In this document: positions 10,330 through 20,287 of the stretch, piece by piece
How the letters are laid out: every line of letters begins with the position of its first letter
How positions within the stretch are numbered: the first letter of the stretch is position 1
Source of the DNA: an uncultured Bacillales bacterium
Lineage (GTDB): Bacteria; Bacillota_I; Bacilli_A; RFN20; CAG-449
NCBI GenBank assembly: GCA_945873815.1
Contig: CAMCEE010000002.1
Location: 103,781-167,780, forward strand
Direction: 5' to 3'
DNA length: 64,000 nt
Program-made: the position numbers and the translations under genes
The notes under the pieces: model-generated
Databases searched by the model: none
What the model saw: the letters and a program-made list of their open reading frames with translations, nothing else
Told to the model about the DNA's origin: nothing

Positions 10330-10855
10330 GAGAAAAAAGTCAGAAGAAGAGAAAATAATTGAACAAGAAGCTGATTCTTACCAAAAGAATGGCTTTTTGT
10401 CGAAAGTACCATTCTGTATTAAAGCTATTATTCTTAAATATTGGTTTTTCGGAGCAATCTGTTTCTTTGTATTTATAGGAACTGGAATGTTTGTAGGTAG
10501 TAATTTTGATTTATTACTTATCGGTGGGTTAATTTCTGGAGCTATATTTGATATTGCTTGTCATAATGTTTTAAACATAATCGATAAAGATGATCAAGCA
10601 AAATATTATATGTTTTTTAGAAAAGAAAAATGTTGGTATTCAATATTTATTAATGTGGCTTATCACATTATCTTATTTCTTGCTTTTGGCTATACCATTA
10701 GCGCATTTAAAGCGATAACTGGTACTGAAGAAAATTGGTTCTTAAGAGAACCATTCTCTCAAGCTTTACTATTATCAATTTATGATGCATTATTTATGTT
10801 AATTAAGAATTTCGTAGTTGATTTTATTAAAAGAATTATGAGTAAAAAGGAGTAG
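10307..10855 (+). CDS. Membrane protein (unknown)
   Basis: 182 aa with a K-rich N-terminus and 3-4 TM helices. Confidence 0.4.
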   Translation: MILMMKNKRKKSEEEKIIEQEADSYQKNGFLSKVPFCIKAIILKYWFFGAICFFVFIGTGMFVGSNFDLLLIGGLISGAIFDIACHNVLNIIDKDDQAKYYMFFRKEKCWYSIFINVAYHIILFLAFGYTISAFKAITGTEENWFLREPFSQALLLSIYDALFMLIKNFVVDFIKRIMSKKE

Positions 10856-10866
10856 ATTTAATTTAT

Positions 10867-12393
10867 ATGAAAATATTATTTGTATCCCCTGTTAGTGTTA
10901 CTATTGAACTTGATAATGAAGATATATATTATTCTTCTAAAGTTTATGATGTTTTTGTTAACGATACAGTATATCTAAAAGGAATGAATACAAATGTTTT
11001 TTCATTGTATGATTTAGAACCTGATACAGTTTATAAGATTACTGCGTTAGATAAAACAATTTTTGTTAAGACTGATCCTTGCAATAGAATCATTAGAGAT
11101 TTCACGATTTGTAAAGATGCATCTATCGATGTAACTAAACAAATTCAATATTTAATTGATTCAGCAAAACCTGGAGATATGGTTGTTATTGAAGAAGGAA
11201 GATATTTAATTACTTCTTTAATGCTAAAAAGTGATATCACTTTATATTTGAAATCAGGCGCAAAATTAATCGCTTCAATTAATGAAAACGATTATGAGGA
11301 ATTTGATGGTGAAATACCAACTAATGATGGAGATGTTTCTCAATTAGGTACATGGGAAGGTTCACCTTGTAAAATGAAGAAATCAATCATTAATGGTATC
11401 GAAGTTCATAATGTTAAGATTGTTGGTGAAGGAATGATAAATGGTAGAGCAGACGAATCTACATGGTGGATCAATCATCGTGAAAAACCATATGCTAGAC
11501 CTCATATTGTTTTCCTTGTTAGATGCCGTGATGTTGTACTTCAAGGTATAAAATTAAAGAACTCTCCTCAATGGACTGTTCATCCTTATTTTTCTAGTAG
11601 AATAGGATTTTATAATATCACCATTGAGAATCCAAAGATATCTCCTAATACTGATGGAATTAATCCTCAATGTTGTAATAATGTTAATATTATTGGCGTA
11701 CATTTTTCAGTTGGAGATGATTGTATCGCATTAAAATCAGGAAAGATTTATATTGGAAAAAAATATCGTACTCCTAGTCAAAATATTACGATTAGAAATT
11801 GCCTCATGCAATATGGTCATGGCGCAGTAGTTCTTGGCTCAGAAATGAGCGGAGGAATCAAGGATATCACTGTTGAAAGATGCGTTTTTGATTCAACAGA
11901 TCGTGGACTAAGAATTAAGACTCGTCGTGGTAGAGGTGATACTTGCATTGTTGATGGAGTAACATTCTCAAATATTATTATGAAAAACGTTTTAACTCCA
12001 TTAGTTATCAATATGTTTTATTTCTGTGATCCTGATGGTAAAACAGAATATGTATGGTCAAAAGAAAAACTACCGGTTGATGATAGAACTCCATATATGG
12101 GAAAATTTACGTTTAAAAATATTACTGCAGTTGATAGTGAATATGCTGCAGGATACTTTTATGGCTTACCAGAGATGCCTATTGGGGAAATAAATATTGA
12201 AAATGTTGATATTTCTTTTAAGAAGGATGCAGGTAAAGGTACTCCTGCAATGATGAGTTATGCAGAAGAATGCTCAAGAAGAGGATTTGTATTTAAAAAT
12301 GTTAGATCGGTTCATATGAGAAATGTTAATGTTGAAAATCAAATAGGACCAGTTTATGATAGTGAAGGTTGTGATGAGATAGTATATGAATAG
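10867..12393 (+). CDS. Glycoside hydrolase family 28 (polygalacturonase / exo-poly-alpha-galacturonosidase)
   Basis: Canonical GH28 motifs are present: NTDGINP, GDDCIALKSG, GHGAVVLGSEMSGG and RGLRIKT. There is no signal peptide, so it is probably cytoplasmic and acts on imported oligogalacturonides. Confidence 0.8.
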   Translation: MKILFVSPVSVTIELDNEDIYYSSKVYDVFVNDTVYLKGMNTNVFSLYDLEPDTVYKITALDKTIFVKTDPCNRIIRDFTICKDASIDVTKQIQYLIDSAKPGDMVVIEEGRYLITSLMLKSDITLYLKSGAKLIASINENDYEEFDGEIPTNDGDVSQLGTWEGSPCKMKKSIINGIEVHNVKIVGEGMINGRADESTWWINHREKPYARPHIVFLVRCRDVVLQGIKLKNSPQWTVHPYFSSRIGFYNITIENPKISPNTDGINPQCCNNVNIIGVHFSVGDDCIALKSGKIYIGKKYRTPSQNITIRNCLMQYGHGAVVLGSEMSGGIKDITVERCVFDSTDRGLRIKTRRGRGDTCIVDGVTFSNIIMKNVLTPLVINMFYFCDPDGKTEYVWSKEKLPVDDRTPYMGKFTFKNITAVDSEYAAGYFYGLPEMPIGEINIENVDISFKKDAGKGTPAMMSYAEECSRRGFVFKNVRSVHMRNVNVENQIGPVYDSEGCDEIVYE

Positions 12394-12949
12394 TATTATG
12401 AGAAGTTACCTTTTGATAGATAATTCGGATAATATTCAAATTCTTGAAAAAATGCTTCGTCTTATCTCTCATGAACAAATTGAATTAGTTAAAGAAGAAA
12501 ATGCTATTAAGATTTCTGAAGTAAGCATGAATGGATTCACTAGAATCGCTTCGTCTTTAGAAACATTAGCTTCTGATTTAGAATTAAATGAAATCGCTTT
12601 AGTAGTTGTTCCTTTTTACGATTCGAAATTAATAAATAGTATAAATATTCATAAAAATGGTGTATTCTTTTTATACGATTTATTATTAGAACAATATTCG
12701 AAAAATGAATTGGATATTCAAGGAGTTACATCGATATTAGATAATGTCCCTAAAGAAATATTATTGACTGTAAAAAATTATATTCGATTAAATCAATCTT
12801 TAGTGCAAACTGGTGAACTGATGTTTGCACATAGAAATACGATTAATTATCGAATTAATAAATTTATAAACGTAACTTCTATTAATGTTAGAGAAATGCA
12901 AAATGCTGTCTTAGTATATTTTATAATTACACTAATGGATATTAATTAG
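12386..12949 (+). CDS. Hypothetical protein with a C-terminal PucR/CdaR-like HTH
   Basis: The C-terminal segment LMFAHRNTINYRINKFINVT resembles the PucR C-terminal HTH. It overlaps the GH28 stop by 8 nt. Confidence 0.35.
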   Translation: MNSIMRSYLLIDNSDNIQILEKMLRLISHEQIELVKEENAIKISEVSMNGFTRIASSLETLASDLELNEIALVVVPFYDSKLINSINIHKNGVFFLYDLLLEQYSKNELDIQGVTSILDNVPKEILLTVKNYIRLNQSLVQTGELMFAHRNTINYRINKFINVTSINVREMQNAVLVYFIITLMDIN

Positions 12950-12969
12950 TAGATTTAGGAGAATGAATT

Positions 12970-13638
12970 ATGGGAAGAAGTGTAGAATCAATTTATGAAG
13001 AATTGAAAAGCAATATTATTAATCTTGATTTAGTTCCTGGAACGAAAATCAGAGAAGAGGATCTAGCAACTAGATTTAATATTTCAAGAACTCCTATTAG
13101 AACTGTTATTGCTCGTTTAGAAAAGGATGATTTATTAAGTGTTGCTCCTCAAAAAGGAACGTATGTCAGTAAGATTAACATTTCTAATATTTCTGATTTT
13201 ATTTATGTTCGTAAAGCTGTTGAAACTAGTGTTCTTGAAGTTGTTGAAAAAACAATTAATCTCTCACAAATTAAAGAATTAGAGAAAATACTAGATAGAC
13301 AACACGAAATCATTTTAATGGAACCTTCAATTGAAAAATCAAAATTATTTTTCCATAATGATAATTTATTCCATGCAACTTTATTTAAATTTGCAAATTT
13401 GGATGGAGTATGGAAAGTAATTCATACTAATGCTACAACCTTAAATAGAGTTAGAATTATGGCAAATTTACGTTCTACTACTCAGGTTGAAAGAATATAT
13501 GATCAACATCGTCAAATCGTTGAGTGTTTGAAAAACCATGATATTGATCAAGCTAAAAAGATTTTTGCAAGCCATATGGATGGTGGATTTGAAGGAATTA
13601 ATGCAATTATTGATAAATATAAAGATTACTTTATGTAA
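12970..13638 (+). CDS. GntR-family transcriptional regulator (FadR subfamily with FCD ligand-binding domain)
   Basis: N-terminal winged HTH: IYEELKSNIINLDLVPGTKIREEDLATRFNISRTPIRTVIARL. The C-terminal half is all-helical. It is a candidate repressor of this uronate locus. Confidence 0.8.
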   Translation: MGRSVESIYEELKSNIINLDLVPGTKIREEDLATRFNISRTPIRTVIARLEKDDLLSVAPQKGTYVSKINISNISDFIYVRKAVETSVLEVVEKTINLSQIKELEKILDRQHEIILMEPSIEKSKLFFHNDNLFHATLFKFANLDGVWKVIHTNATTLNRVRIMANLRSTTQVERIYDQHRQIVECLKNHDIDQAKKIFASHMDGGFEGINAIIDKYKDYFM

Positions 13639-13659
13639 TAAAGAAAGAAGAGGGGTTAT

Positions 13660-15072
13660 ATGAAAGAATTTTTAAATGATGATTTTTTATTAGATTCGGA
13701 AACGGCAAGAATTTTATATCATCAATACGCAAAGAAAATGCCAATATATGATTATCATTGTCATTTACCTATCAAGGAGATTTATGAAGATCGTAAATTT
13801 GATTCGATTACCGATTTATGGCTAGTTGAAGGACATTTTGGTGATCATTACAAATGGAGAGCAATGAGAAATAATGGCGTTTCTGAGGAATTTATCACTG
13901 GTAATGCATCAAAGAAAGATAAATTCTTAAAATGGGCAGATACTATTCCTTATGTAGTTGGTAATCCTTTATATCACTGGACGCATTTAGAATTAAGACG
14001 CTATTTCGGAATTAATGAAATCTTTTCTCCTAAAAATGCAGAAAAATGTTATGAAATAATGAACGAAAAATTGAAGAATATGTCTGCAAGACAAATTATT
14101 TCTATGAGCAATGTTGATACGTTATGTACTACAGATGATCCTGTTGATGATTTACATTATCATCAAGCTTTGAAAAAAGATAAATCATTTAAAGTCCATG
14201 TTTATCCAGCTTTTAGACCTGATAAAGCTATCAATATTGATTGGAGTTCATTTGTTCCTTACATAAAACAACTTTCTAAGGTAGTAGGCTATGAGATTAA
14301 TGACTTAGATTCTTTAGAAAAAGCATTAAAAGAGAGAATTGAATATTTCCACTGTAACGATTGCCGCGTATCAGATCATGCTCTTGATGTAGTTATGTAT
14401 GAAGATGCAACAAGAGAAGAAGTTGATGAGATTGTTAAAAAGGCATTAAGAGGTGAAACTCTAACTCATAGTGAAATCGCAAAATATCGTGGGTATATTA
14501 TCGTTATGTTAGGAAAAGAATATGCTTATCGCGGTTGGGTTCAACAATATCACATTAAAGCTTTGAGAAATAATTCTTCAAGAATGATGAGAACAATTGG
14601 CCCAGATACTGGATTTGATTCAATTAATGATGGCTCAATCGCTCAACCATTATCTCGTATTTTAGATAAATTAGATGAGAATAATGAATTACCAAAAACA
14701 ATTCTTTATTCATTGAACCCTAGTGATAATGAACTTCTTGCAACACTTGCTTTCTGCTTTAGAGAAGAAGGTGTTCCAGGTAAGATGCAATTAGGCTCTG
14801 CTTGGTGGTTCCTCGATCAAAAAGATGGAATGGAAAAACAACTAACTGCATTATCGAATCTTGGATTATTATCAAGATTTATTGGTATGCTAACTGATTC
14901 ACGTTCATTCTTAAGCTATACTCGTCATGAATATTTCAGACGTATTTTATGTAATAAATTAGGCAATTTAGTTGAAAATGGAGAATATCCAAACGATATT
15001 GAATTTTTAGGAAAAGTTGTTGAGGATATATGCTTCAATAACGCTAAAAAATACTTTGATTCATCAAGATAA
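13660..15072 (+). CDS. uxaC: Glucuronate (uronate) isomerase
   Basis: N-terminal signature FLNDDFLLDSETARILYHQYAKKMPIYDYHCHL. The length of 470 aa is typical of UxaC. Confidence 0.9.
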   Translation: MKEFLNDDFLLDSETARILYHQYAKKMPIYDYHCHLPIKEIYEDRKFDSITDLWLVEGHFGDHYKWRAMRNNGVSEEFITGNASKKDKFLKWADTIPYVVGNPLYHWTHLELRRYFGINEIFSPKNAEKCYEIMNEKLKNMSARQIISMSNVDTLCTTDDPVDDLHYHQALKKDKSFKVHVYPAFRPDKAINIDWSSFVPYIKQLSKVVGYEINDLDSLEKALKERIEYFHCNDCRVSDHALDVVMYEDATREEVDEIVKKALRGETLTHSEIAKYRGYIIVMLGKEYAYRGWVQQYHIKALRNNSSRMMRTIGPDTGFDSINDGSIAQPLSRILDKLDENNELPKTILYSLNPSDNELLATLAFCFREEGVPGKMQLGSAWWFLDQKDGMEKQLTALSNLGLLSRFIGMLTDSRSFLSYTRHEYFRRILCNKLGNLVENGEYPNDIEFLGKVVEDICFNNAKKYFDSSR

Positions 15073-15074
15073 TT

Positions 15075-15752
15075 ATGGATAAGAAGAAAATATATTTGAT
15101 TGGAGACTCTACTTGTCATACGAATAATTCAGATACATATCCGCAAACTGGTTGGGGACAAGTGTTTGGAGATTATATTAATAATGATTTTGAAGTAGTT
15201 AATCTTGCACAAAATGGACGTTCTAGCAAATCTTTTAAAGATGAGGGATGGTTTGAAGTAGTGGAAAGAAATATTGGTAAGGGAGATTATCTATTCATTC
15301 AATTTGGACATAATGATGAAAAAGATGATGAATTAAGACATACAGATCCATATTCTACCTATCAAGAAAATCTATTATATTACATTAATATTGCTAGAAA
15401 TAAAGGGGCTACTCCTATTCTTCTTTCATCAATATACCGTCGTCATTTTGATAATAATGGCAAAATTGAAGAATTTTGTCATAAGGAATATCCAAATGCG
15501 ATGAAAGAACTTTCGCTTAGAGAAAATGTTGTGTATTTAGATATTTGTGAAAAAACGAAGCAAATGCTTATTGAATTAGGTGATGAGAATTCGAAAGAAT
15601 TGTTTATGAATTTTGATAAGGGAATGTATAAGAATTATCCTGATGGGAAGAATGATGATACACATTTACGTGAAAAAGGTGCTAGAAAAGTAGTATTACT
15701 AATCATTGAAGAAATAAAAAAGATTCCTCAACTTAGAGAAATCTTAAGGTAA
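15075..15752 (+). CDS. SGNH/GDSL hydrolase, rhamnogalacturonan acetylesterase-like (CE12)
   Basis: N-terminal GDSL block IYLIGDSTC, block III GHNDE, and a D..H catalytic pair near the C-terminus. It has pectin-degradation neighbours. Confidence 0.7.
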   Translation: MDKKKIYLIGDSTCHTNNSDTYPQTGWGQVFGDYINNDFEVVNLAQNGRSSKSFKDEGWFEVVERNIGKGDYLFIQFGHNDEKDDELRHTDPYSTYQENLLYYINIARNKGATPILLSSIYRRHFDNNGKIEEFCHKEYPNAMKELSLRENVVYLDICEKTKQMLIELGDENSKELFMNFDKGMYKNYPDGKNDDTHLREKGARKVVLLIIEEIKKIPQLREILR

Positions 15753-15754
15753 TT

Positions 15755-15781
15755 GATCCGTTTATTCGGATCTTTTATTTT
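15755..15781. terminator. Bidirectional intrinsic terminator between convergent genes
   Basis: GATCCG-tttatt-CGGATC hairpin followed by TTTTATTTT. It is preceded by an A-rich tract that serves the minus strand. Confidence 0.55.
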
Positions 15782-16659
15782 ATGTGGCTCCAGGAGATTC
15801 TTGTTTCATTACTTTTTCCTGGACCATATGAATTGGATTCATAAAAGCGGCAATTTAGGTGTCTATCAGTGCCAGCCCAAATAGAGAATCCTTCCTTTTT
15901 TATGTGTGAATCTAGATAGCAATTCTCAAAATGTACCATGCCATATTCTCTCCATGGACGTGCTAAATATACCGAATTGTCTCTAGTATCTTTATGTTTG
16001 ATGATTCTACAATTTCTAAATATCATTCCATGATTGTTCTCCTTATCGTGATCTGGAGCACATATATATGTATCCGTCTCACAAGGTAGTGATTCAATCG
16101 TGCAATTAGTAAATAATGCGCTTGCTCCACCAAAGATAAAATCTACTGTTCCTGCAATATAGCAAGAGGTGAAATATTGATGAAATTCTCCTTTATGAAT
16201 TCTTTCATCTTCTGGTAGTAAATCTACGTATCTTTCGATTAAATCTGGAGAAAAAGGGCCACAAAATAGGGTATCTTGATGTGCAATAAGAGAACAATTT
16301 ATACAGCGAATATCATCATTATAGAGATGTAATGCAACTGCTTGTTCAACATCTTTTCCTTCACCTGCATCATTGATTATCGTTAGATTCTTTATTGTCA
16401 CATGAGGTGCTTTGATAAGCATAGTATATGTTCTAAATGTTACGTATGGTCGACCATCTTTATGTATGACATTTGCAGAATCATTAAATATTATTGTTGC
16501 TTTATTTTGCCCATCAATTGTGACATATGGTTTATCGATTACAACTTTTTCACGATATTCTTCATCCATAAGGATGATTGTAGTTTCTTCATTAATTAGA
16601 TTAATTGCTTCATTTATGCTTTTTATTTGTTCGTTTTTTCCAACTTTTATTGTATACAT
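15775..16659 (-). CDS. Pectinesterase (pectin methylesterase, CE8)
   Basis: CE8 motifs are present: QDTLF (IAHQDTLFCG), DFIFG (GTVDFIFGG) and LARPW. The start is trimmed to MYTIKVGKNEQ, which follows GGTG. The track start at 16707 would add a hydrophobic 16-aa leader. Confidence 0.75.
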   Translation of the reverse strand: MYTIKVGKNEQIKSINEAINLINEETTIILMDEEYREKVVIDKPYVTIDGQNKATIIFNDSANVIHKDGRPYVTFRTYTMLIKAPHVTIKNLTIINDAGEGKDVEQAVALHLYNDDIRCINCSLIAHQDTLFCGPFSPDLIERYVDLLPEDERIHKGEFHQYFTSCYIAGTVDFIFGGASALFTNCTIESLPCETDTYICAPDHDKENNHGMIFRNCRIIKHKDTRDNSVYLARPWREYGMVHFENCYLDSHIKKEGFSIWAGTDRHLNCRFYESNSYGPGKSNETRISWSHIK

Positions 16660-16738
16660 TATTATCACCAAATTCATTATATTATACTTAACAAATAATA
16701 AAAACATTTTTTTATACTATGTATAATATATAAATTTT

Positions 16739-16771
16739 GTTGTATACAACAATGAAATAATGGTGTATAAT
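16739..16771 (+). promoter_or_regulatory. Second copy of the GTTGTATACAAC palindrome (16739..16750), overlapping the -35 region of the eda operon promoter. The -10 element TGTATAAT is at 16764..16771.
   Basis: Identical 12-bp perfect palindrome as at 2359..2370. It lies 45 nt upstream of the eda RBS. Confidence 0.45.
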
Positions 16772-16816
16772 GAAATTGTAAATAATAACCAATAGTATTT
16801 AGGAGGAAAAAAATCT

Positions 16817-17428
16817 ATGGATGTATTATCAAAAGTTCACGAAATTGGTGTTGTTCCAGTAGTTGTACTTAATAAGGTTGAGGATACTGTTTCTGTAATT
16901 AAAGCGTTACATGATGGAGATGTTCCAGTTGCAGAAATTTGTTTCCGTACTCCTTGTGCAGCTGAATGCATTAAATTAGCAGTTAAGGAATTCCCAAATG
17001 ATTTAATCGGTGCAGGAACAGTTATTAATGCTAAACAATGTGAAGAAGCAATTGCTTGTGGAGCAAAATTTATTGTCTCTCCTGGTTTATCAAAGAGTGT
17101 TGCAGAAGTTTGTAAAAAACATAATGTTCCATATTTACCTGGCGTAGTTACTCCAACTGAGATAATGGAAGCAATTGAATTAGGACTAACAACATTAAAA
17201 TTCTTCCCAGCTGGTGTATTTGGTGGACTTAAGGCAATTAACGCATTAGGCGCAGCATTCCCACAAGTTAAATTCATGCCAACTGGTGGAGTTGATAATT
17301 CAAATCTAAAAGAATTTATTTCATGTAATAAAATTATCGCTTGCGGTGGATCTTGGATGTGTAAAGGAACTCCAGAAGAAATCACTGCAAAATGCTTAGA
17401 AGCAAGAAGAATTATTAAAGGAGAATAG
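16817..17428 (+). CDS. eda: 2-dehydro-3-deoxyphosphogluconate (KDPG) aldolase
   Basis: 203 aa KDPG/KHG aldolase TIM barrel with a strong RBS AGGAGGAAAAA. It is followed by kdgK. Confidence 0.8.
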   Translation: MDVLSKVHEIGVVPVVVLNKVEDTVSVIKALHDGDVPVAEICFRTPCAAECIKLAVKEFPNDLIGAGTVINAKQCEEAIACGAKFIVSPGLSKSVAEVCKKHNVPYLPGVVTPTEIMEAIELGLTTLKFFPAGVFGGLKAINALGAAFPQVKFMPTGGVDNSNLKEFISCNKIIACGGSWMCKGTPEEITAKCLEARRIIKGE

Positions 17429-17433
17429 GATAA

Positions 17434-18459
17434 ATGGCAAAAGTAGTTACAATGGGAGAAATCATGTTAAGACTTTCTTCCGCGGGAAATTCAAGATTCG
17501 TTCAATGTCAAGCCTTTGATGCTTGTTATGGTGGAGGAGAAGCAAACGTAGCAGTTTCTCTTGCGAATTATGGCCACGATGCATATTTTGTATCAAAAGT
17601 ACCTGCACACGAAATTGGACAATGTGCAGTTAACGCATTAAGAAGATATGGAGTTAATACAAAGTTCGTTGCACGTGGTGGAGATAGATTAGGTATCTAT
17701 TATCTTGAAACAGGTGCTTCAATGAGAGCTTCAAAAGTTATTTATGACCGTGCACATTCATCTGTTGCTGAAGCAGATCCAAGCGATTATGATTTCGATG
17801 CAATTTTCGAAGGAGCAAAATGGTTCCACTGGTCAGGTATTACTCCTGCAATTAGTGATAAATCAGCAGAATGCTTAAGATTAGCTTTAATCGCTGCTAA
17901 AAAACATGGTGTTACAGTTTCAGTCGACTTAAACTTCCGTAAGAAATTATGGACTAGTGAAAAAGCAATTTCAGTTATGAAACCATTAATGCAATACGTC
18001 GATGTATGTATTGGTAATGAAGAAGATGCAGCGTTATGTTTAGGATTTAAACCAGATGCTGATGTCGAAGGTGGAAAAACTGATGCTTCAGGATATTATG
18101 CTATTTTTAAACAAATGGCTAAAGAATTTGGATTTAAATATGTTGTTTCAACATTAAGAGAATCATATAGCGCAACTCATAATGGATGGAAAGCATTAAT
18201 TTATAACGGAAAAGATTTCTATGAATCAAAACATTATGACATCAACCCAATTATCGACCGTGTTGGTGGTGGAGATTCATTCTCAGGCGGCTTAATTCAT
18301 GGATTATTAACTTGGCCAGAAGATCAAGGAAAAGCACTTGAATTCGCAGTTGCAGCTTCTGCATTGAAACATACAATTCCAGGAGACTTCAACCTTGTTT
18401 CTGAAAGTGAAGTTTCTGCACTTGCAGGCGGAGATGCATCAGGTAGAGTACAAAGATAG
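17434..18459 (+). CDS. kdgK: 2-dehydro-3-deoxygluconokinase (PfkB family)
   Basis: PfkB carbohydrate kinase with the C-terminal motif DRVGGGDSFSGG. Its operon position between eda and kduI fits. Confidence 0.8.
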   Translation: MAKVVTMGEIMLRLSSAGNSRFVQCQAFDACYGGGEANVAVSLANYGHDAYFVSKVPAHEIGQCAVNALRRYGVNTKFVARGGDRLGIYYLETGASMRASKVIYDRAHSSVAEADPSDYDFDAIFEGAKWFHWSGITPAISDKSAECLRLALIAAKKHGVTVSVDLNFRKKLWTSEKAISVMKPLMQYVDVCIGNEEDAALCLGFKPDADVEGGKTDASGYYAIFKQMAKEFGFKYVVSTLRESYSATHNGWKALIYNGKDFYESKHYDINPIIDRVGGGDSFSGGLIHGLLTWPEDQGKALEFAVAASALKHTIPGDFNLVSESEVSALAGGDASGRVQR

Positions 18460-18468
18460 GAGAATAAA

Positions 18469-19308
18469 ATGAGAGAATTAGACATTAGATATGCAAATCA
18501 TCCAGAAGATTCAAAACACTATACTACTGAGCAATTAAGAAAACATTACTTAATTGAAGAAGTTTTTGTGGAAGATGATATAGCATTAACATATTCTCAC
18601 CAAGATAGAATTATTGCTGGTGGTGCATATCCAGTACATAAATCGCTTAAACTTGAAGCTGGTGATGCTTTAAGAGCAGATTACTTCTTACAAAGAAGAG
18701 AATTAGGTATTTTCAATCTTGGTGGAGATGGAAAAGTTATTCTTGATGGAAAAGAATATGTCATGCATAGAACAGATGCATTATATGTTGGAATGGGAAC
18801 AAAAGATGTAGTATTCGAATCTCTCGACTCATCTAATCCTGCAAAATTCTATATGAATAGCTGTCCAGCTCATAAAACATGCCCAACAGTATATTTACCA
18901 ATTGAAAAAGCAAAAAAAGTTCCTTGTGGAGATCAAGCACACATCAATAAAAGAGTTATTAATCAATTCATTCACTCTGATGTACTTGAGACTTGCCAAT
19001 TATCAATGGGATTAACTCATATTGAAGAAGGAAGTGCATGGAATACAATGCCATGCCATACTCACGAAAGAAGAATGGAAGTATATTTCTATTTCGATCT
19101 TGGTGAAGATGACGTTGTCTTCCATCTTATGGGACAACCTCAAGAATTAAGAACTCTTGTAATGAAAAATGAACAAGCAGTAATCTCACCTTCTTGGTCA
19201 ATCCATTCCGGATTTGCAACAAAGAATTATACATTTATTTGGGGTATGTGTGGTGAAAACAAAACATACAACGATATGGATGTAATTAAAGCTACAGACT
19301 TAAAATAA
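18469..19308 (+). CDS. kduI: 4-deoxy-L-threo-5-hexosulose-uronate ketol-isomerase
   Basis: The N-terminus MRELDIRYANHPEDSKHYTTEQLRKHYL is characteristic of KduI. It is a 279-aa cupin. Confidence 0.85.
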   Translation: MRELDIRYANHPEDSKHYTTEQLRKHYLIEEVFVEDDIALTYSHQDRIIAGGAYPVHKSLKLEAGDALRADYFLQRRELGIFNLGGDGKVILDGKEYVMHRTDALYVGMGTKDVVFESLDSSNPAKFYMNSCPAHKTCPTVYLPIEKAKKVPCGDQAHINKRVINQFIHSDVLETCQLSMGLTHIEEGSAWNTMPCHTHERRMEVYFYFDLGEDDVVFHLMGQPQELRTLVMKNEQAVISPSWSIHSGFATKNYTFIWGMCGENKTYNDMDVIKATDLK

Positions 19309-19329
19309 TTTCGAAAGGGGAACATAATC

Positions 19330-20124
19330 ATGAATCAATTTTCATTAGAAGGTAAAATCGCACTCATTACAGGTGCTTCATATGGTATCGGATTTGGTAT
19401 TGCTCAAGCATATCATAATGCGGGTGCAAAAATCGTATTTAACGATATAAGTGAAGAAGCAGTTGCTAGAGGACTTGAAAATTACAAAGCTGCTGGCATT
19501 CCAGTACATGGATATGTATGCGATGTTACAAACGAAGAACAAGTTCAAGCAATGGTAAAACAAATTGAAGAAGAAGTCGGTATAATTGATATTCTTGTTA
19601 ATAATGCTGGTATTATTAAAAGAATTCCAATGACTGAATTATCTGCTTCAGATTGGAGAAAAGTGATTGATATTGACTTAACTGGACCATTTATTTGTTC
19701 AAAAGCAGTTCTCCCATCAATGATTAAAAAAGGACATGGTAAAATTATTAATATTTGTTCCATGATGTCAGAACTTGGTAGAGAAACAGTTTCTGCATAT
19801 GCTGCTGCAAAAGGTGGCTTAAAGATGTTAACAAGAAATATCTGTGCTGAATATGGTGAATACAATATTCAATGTAATGGTATTGGACCTGGTTACATTG
19901 CTACTCCACAAACTGCTCCATTAAGAGAAACTCAACCTGATGGAAGTAAACATCCATTTGACCAATTCATTTGTTCAAGAACTCCTGCAGGACGTTGGTT
20001 GAATCCAGATGAATTAGGTGGACCTGCAGTATTTTTAGCTTCAGATGCATCAAATGCTGTCAACGGACACATACTATACGTTGATGGTGGTATCTTAGCT
20101 TATATTGGAAAACAACCTAAGTAA
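19330..20124 (+). CDS. kduD: 2-dehydro-3-deoxy-D-gluconate 5-dehydrogenase (SDR)
   Basis: SDR Rossmann motif TGASYGIGFGIA and the catalytic YxxxK (YAAAK). It is paired with kduI. Confidence 0.8.
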   Translation: MNQFSLEGKIALITGASYGIGFGIAQAYHNAGAKIVFNDISEEAVARGLENYKAAGIPVHGYVCDVTNEEQVQAMVKQIEEEVGIIDILVNNAGIIKRIPMTELSASDWRKVIDIDLTGPFICSKAVLPSMIKKGHGKIINICSMMSELGRETVSAYAAAKGGLKMLTRNICAEYGEYNIQCNGIGPGYIATPQTAPLRETQPDGSKHPFDQFICSRTPAGRWLNPDELGGPAVFLASDASNAVNGHILYVDGGILAYIGKQPK

Positions 20125-20163
20125 GAATATAGGTAATAACCGCTATCATTATCTATTTTGACA

Positions 20164-20193
20164 AAGTACGCATCCTCCGCGTACTTTTTTTTA
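20164..20193 (+). terminator. Rho-independent terminator after kduD
   Basis: GTACGC-atcctcc-GCGTAC hairpin followed by a T9 run. Confidence 0.7.
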
Positions 20194-20287
20194 CATTTTG
20201 GAATTATATCGACAATATAAAAAAATTATATCTAGATTTTTTTATTTGATATCTATATAATCAAGTCATGGGGGGATACTATTTATT

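Noticed and set aside
2721-12011. Short antisense or alternative-frame ORFs (60-106 aa) listed at 2721, 3062, 5415, 5787, 6473, 10218 and 11817
   Set aside because: All lie within or antisense to longer, motif-supported genes. None has an RBS or a recognisable domain.
16837-17385. 182-aa minus-strand ORF inside eda
   Set aside because: It is fully embedded antisense to a well-supported KDPG aldolase gene. The Pro/Thr/Ser-rich translation has no start context. It is a typical shadow ORF.
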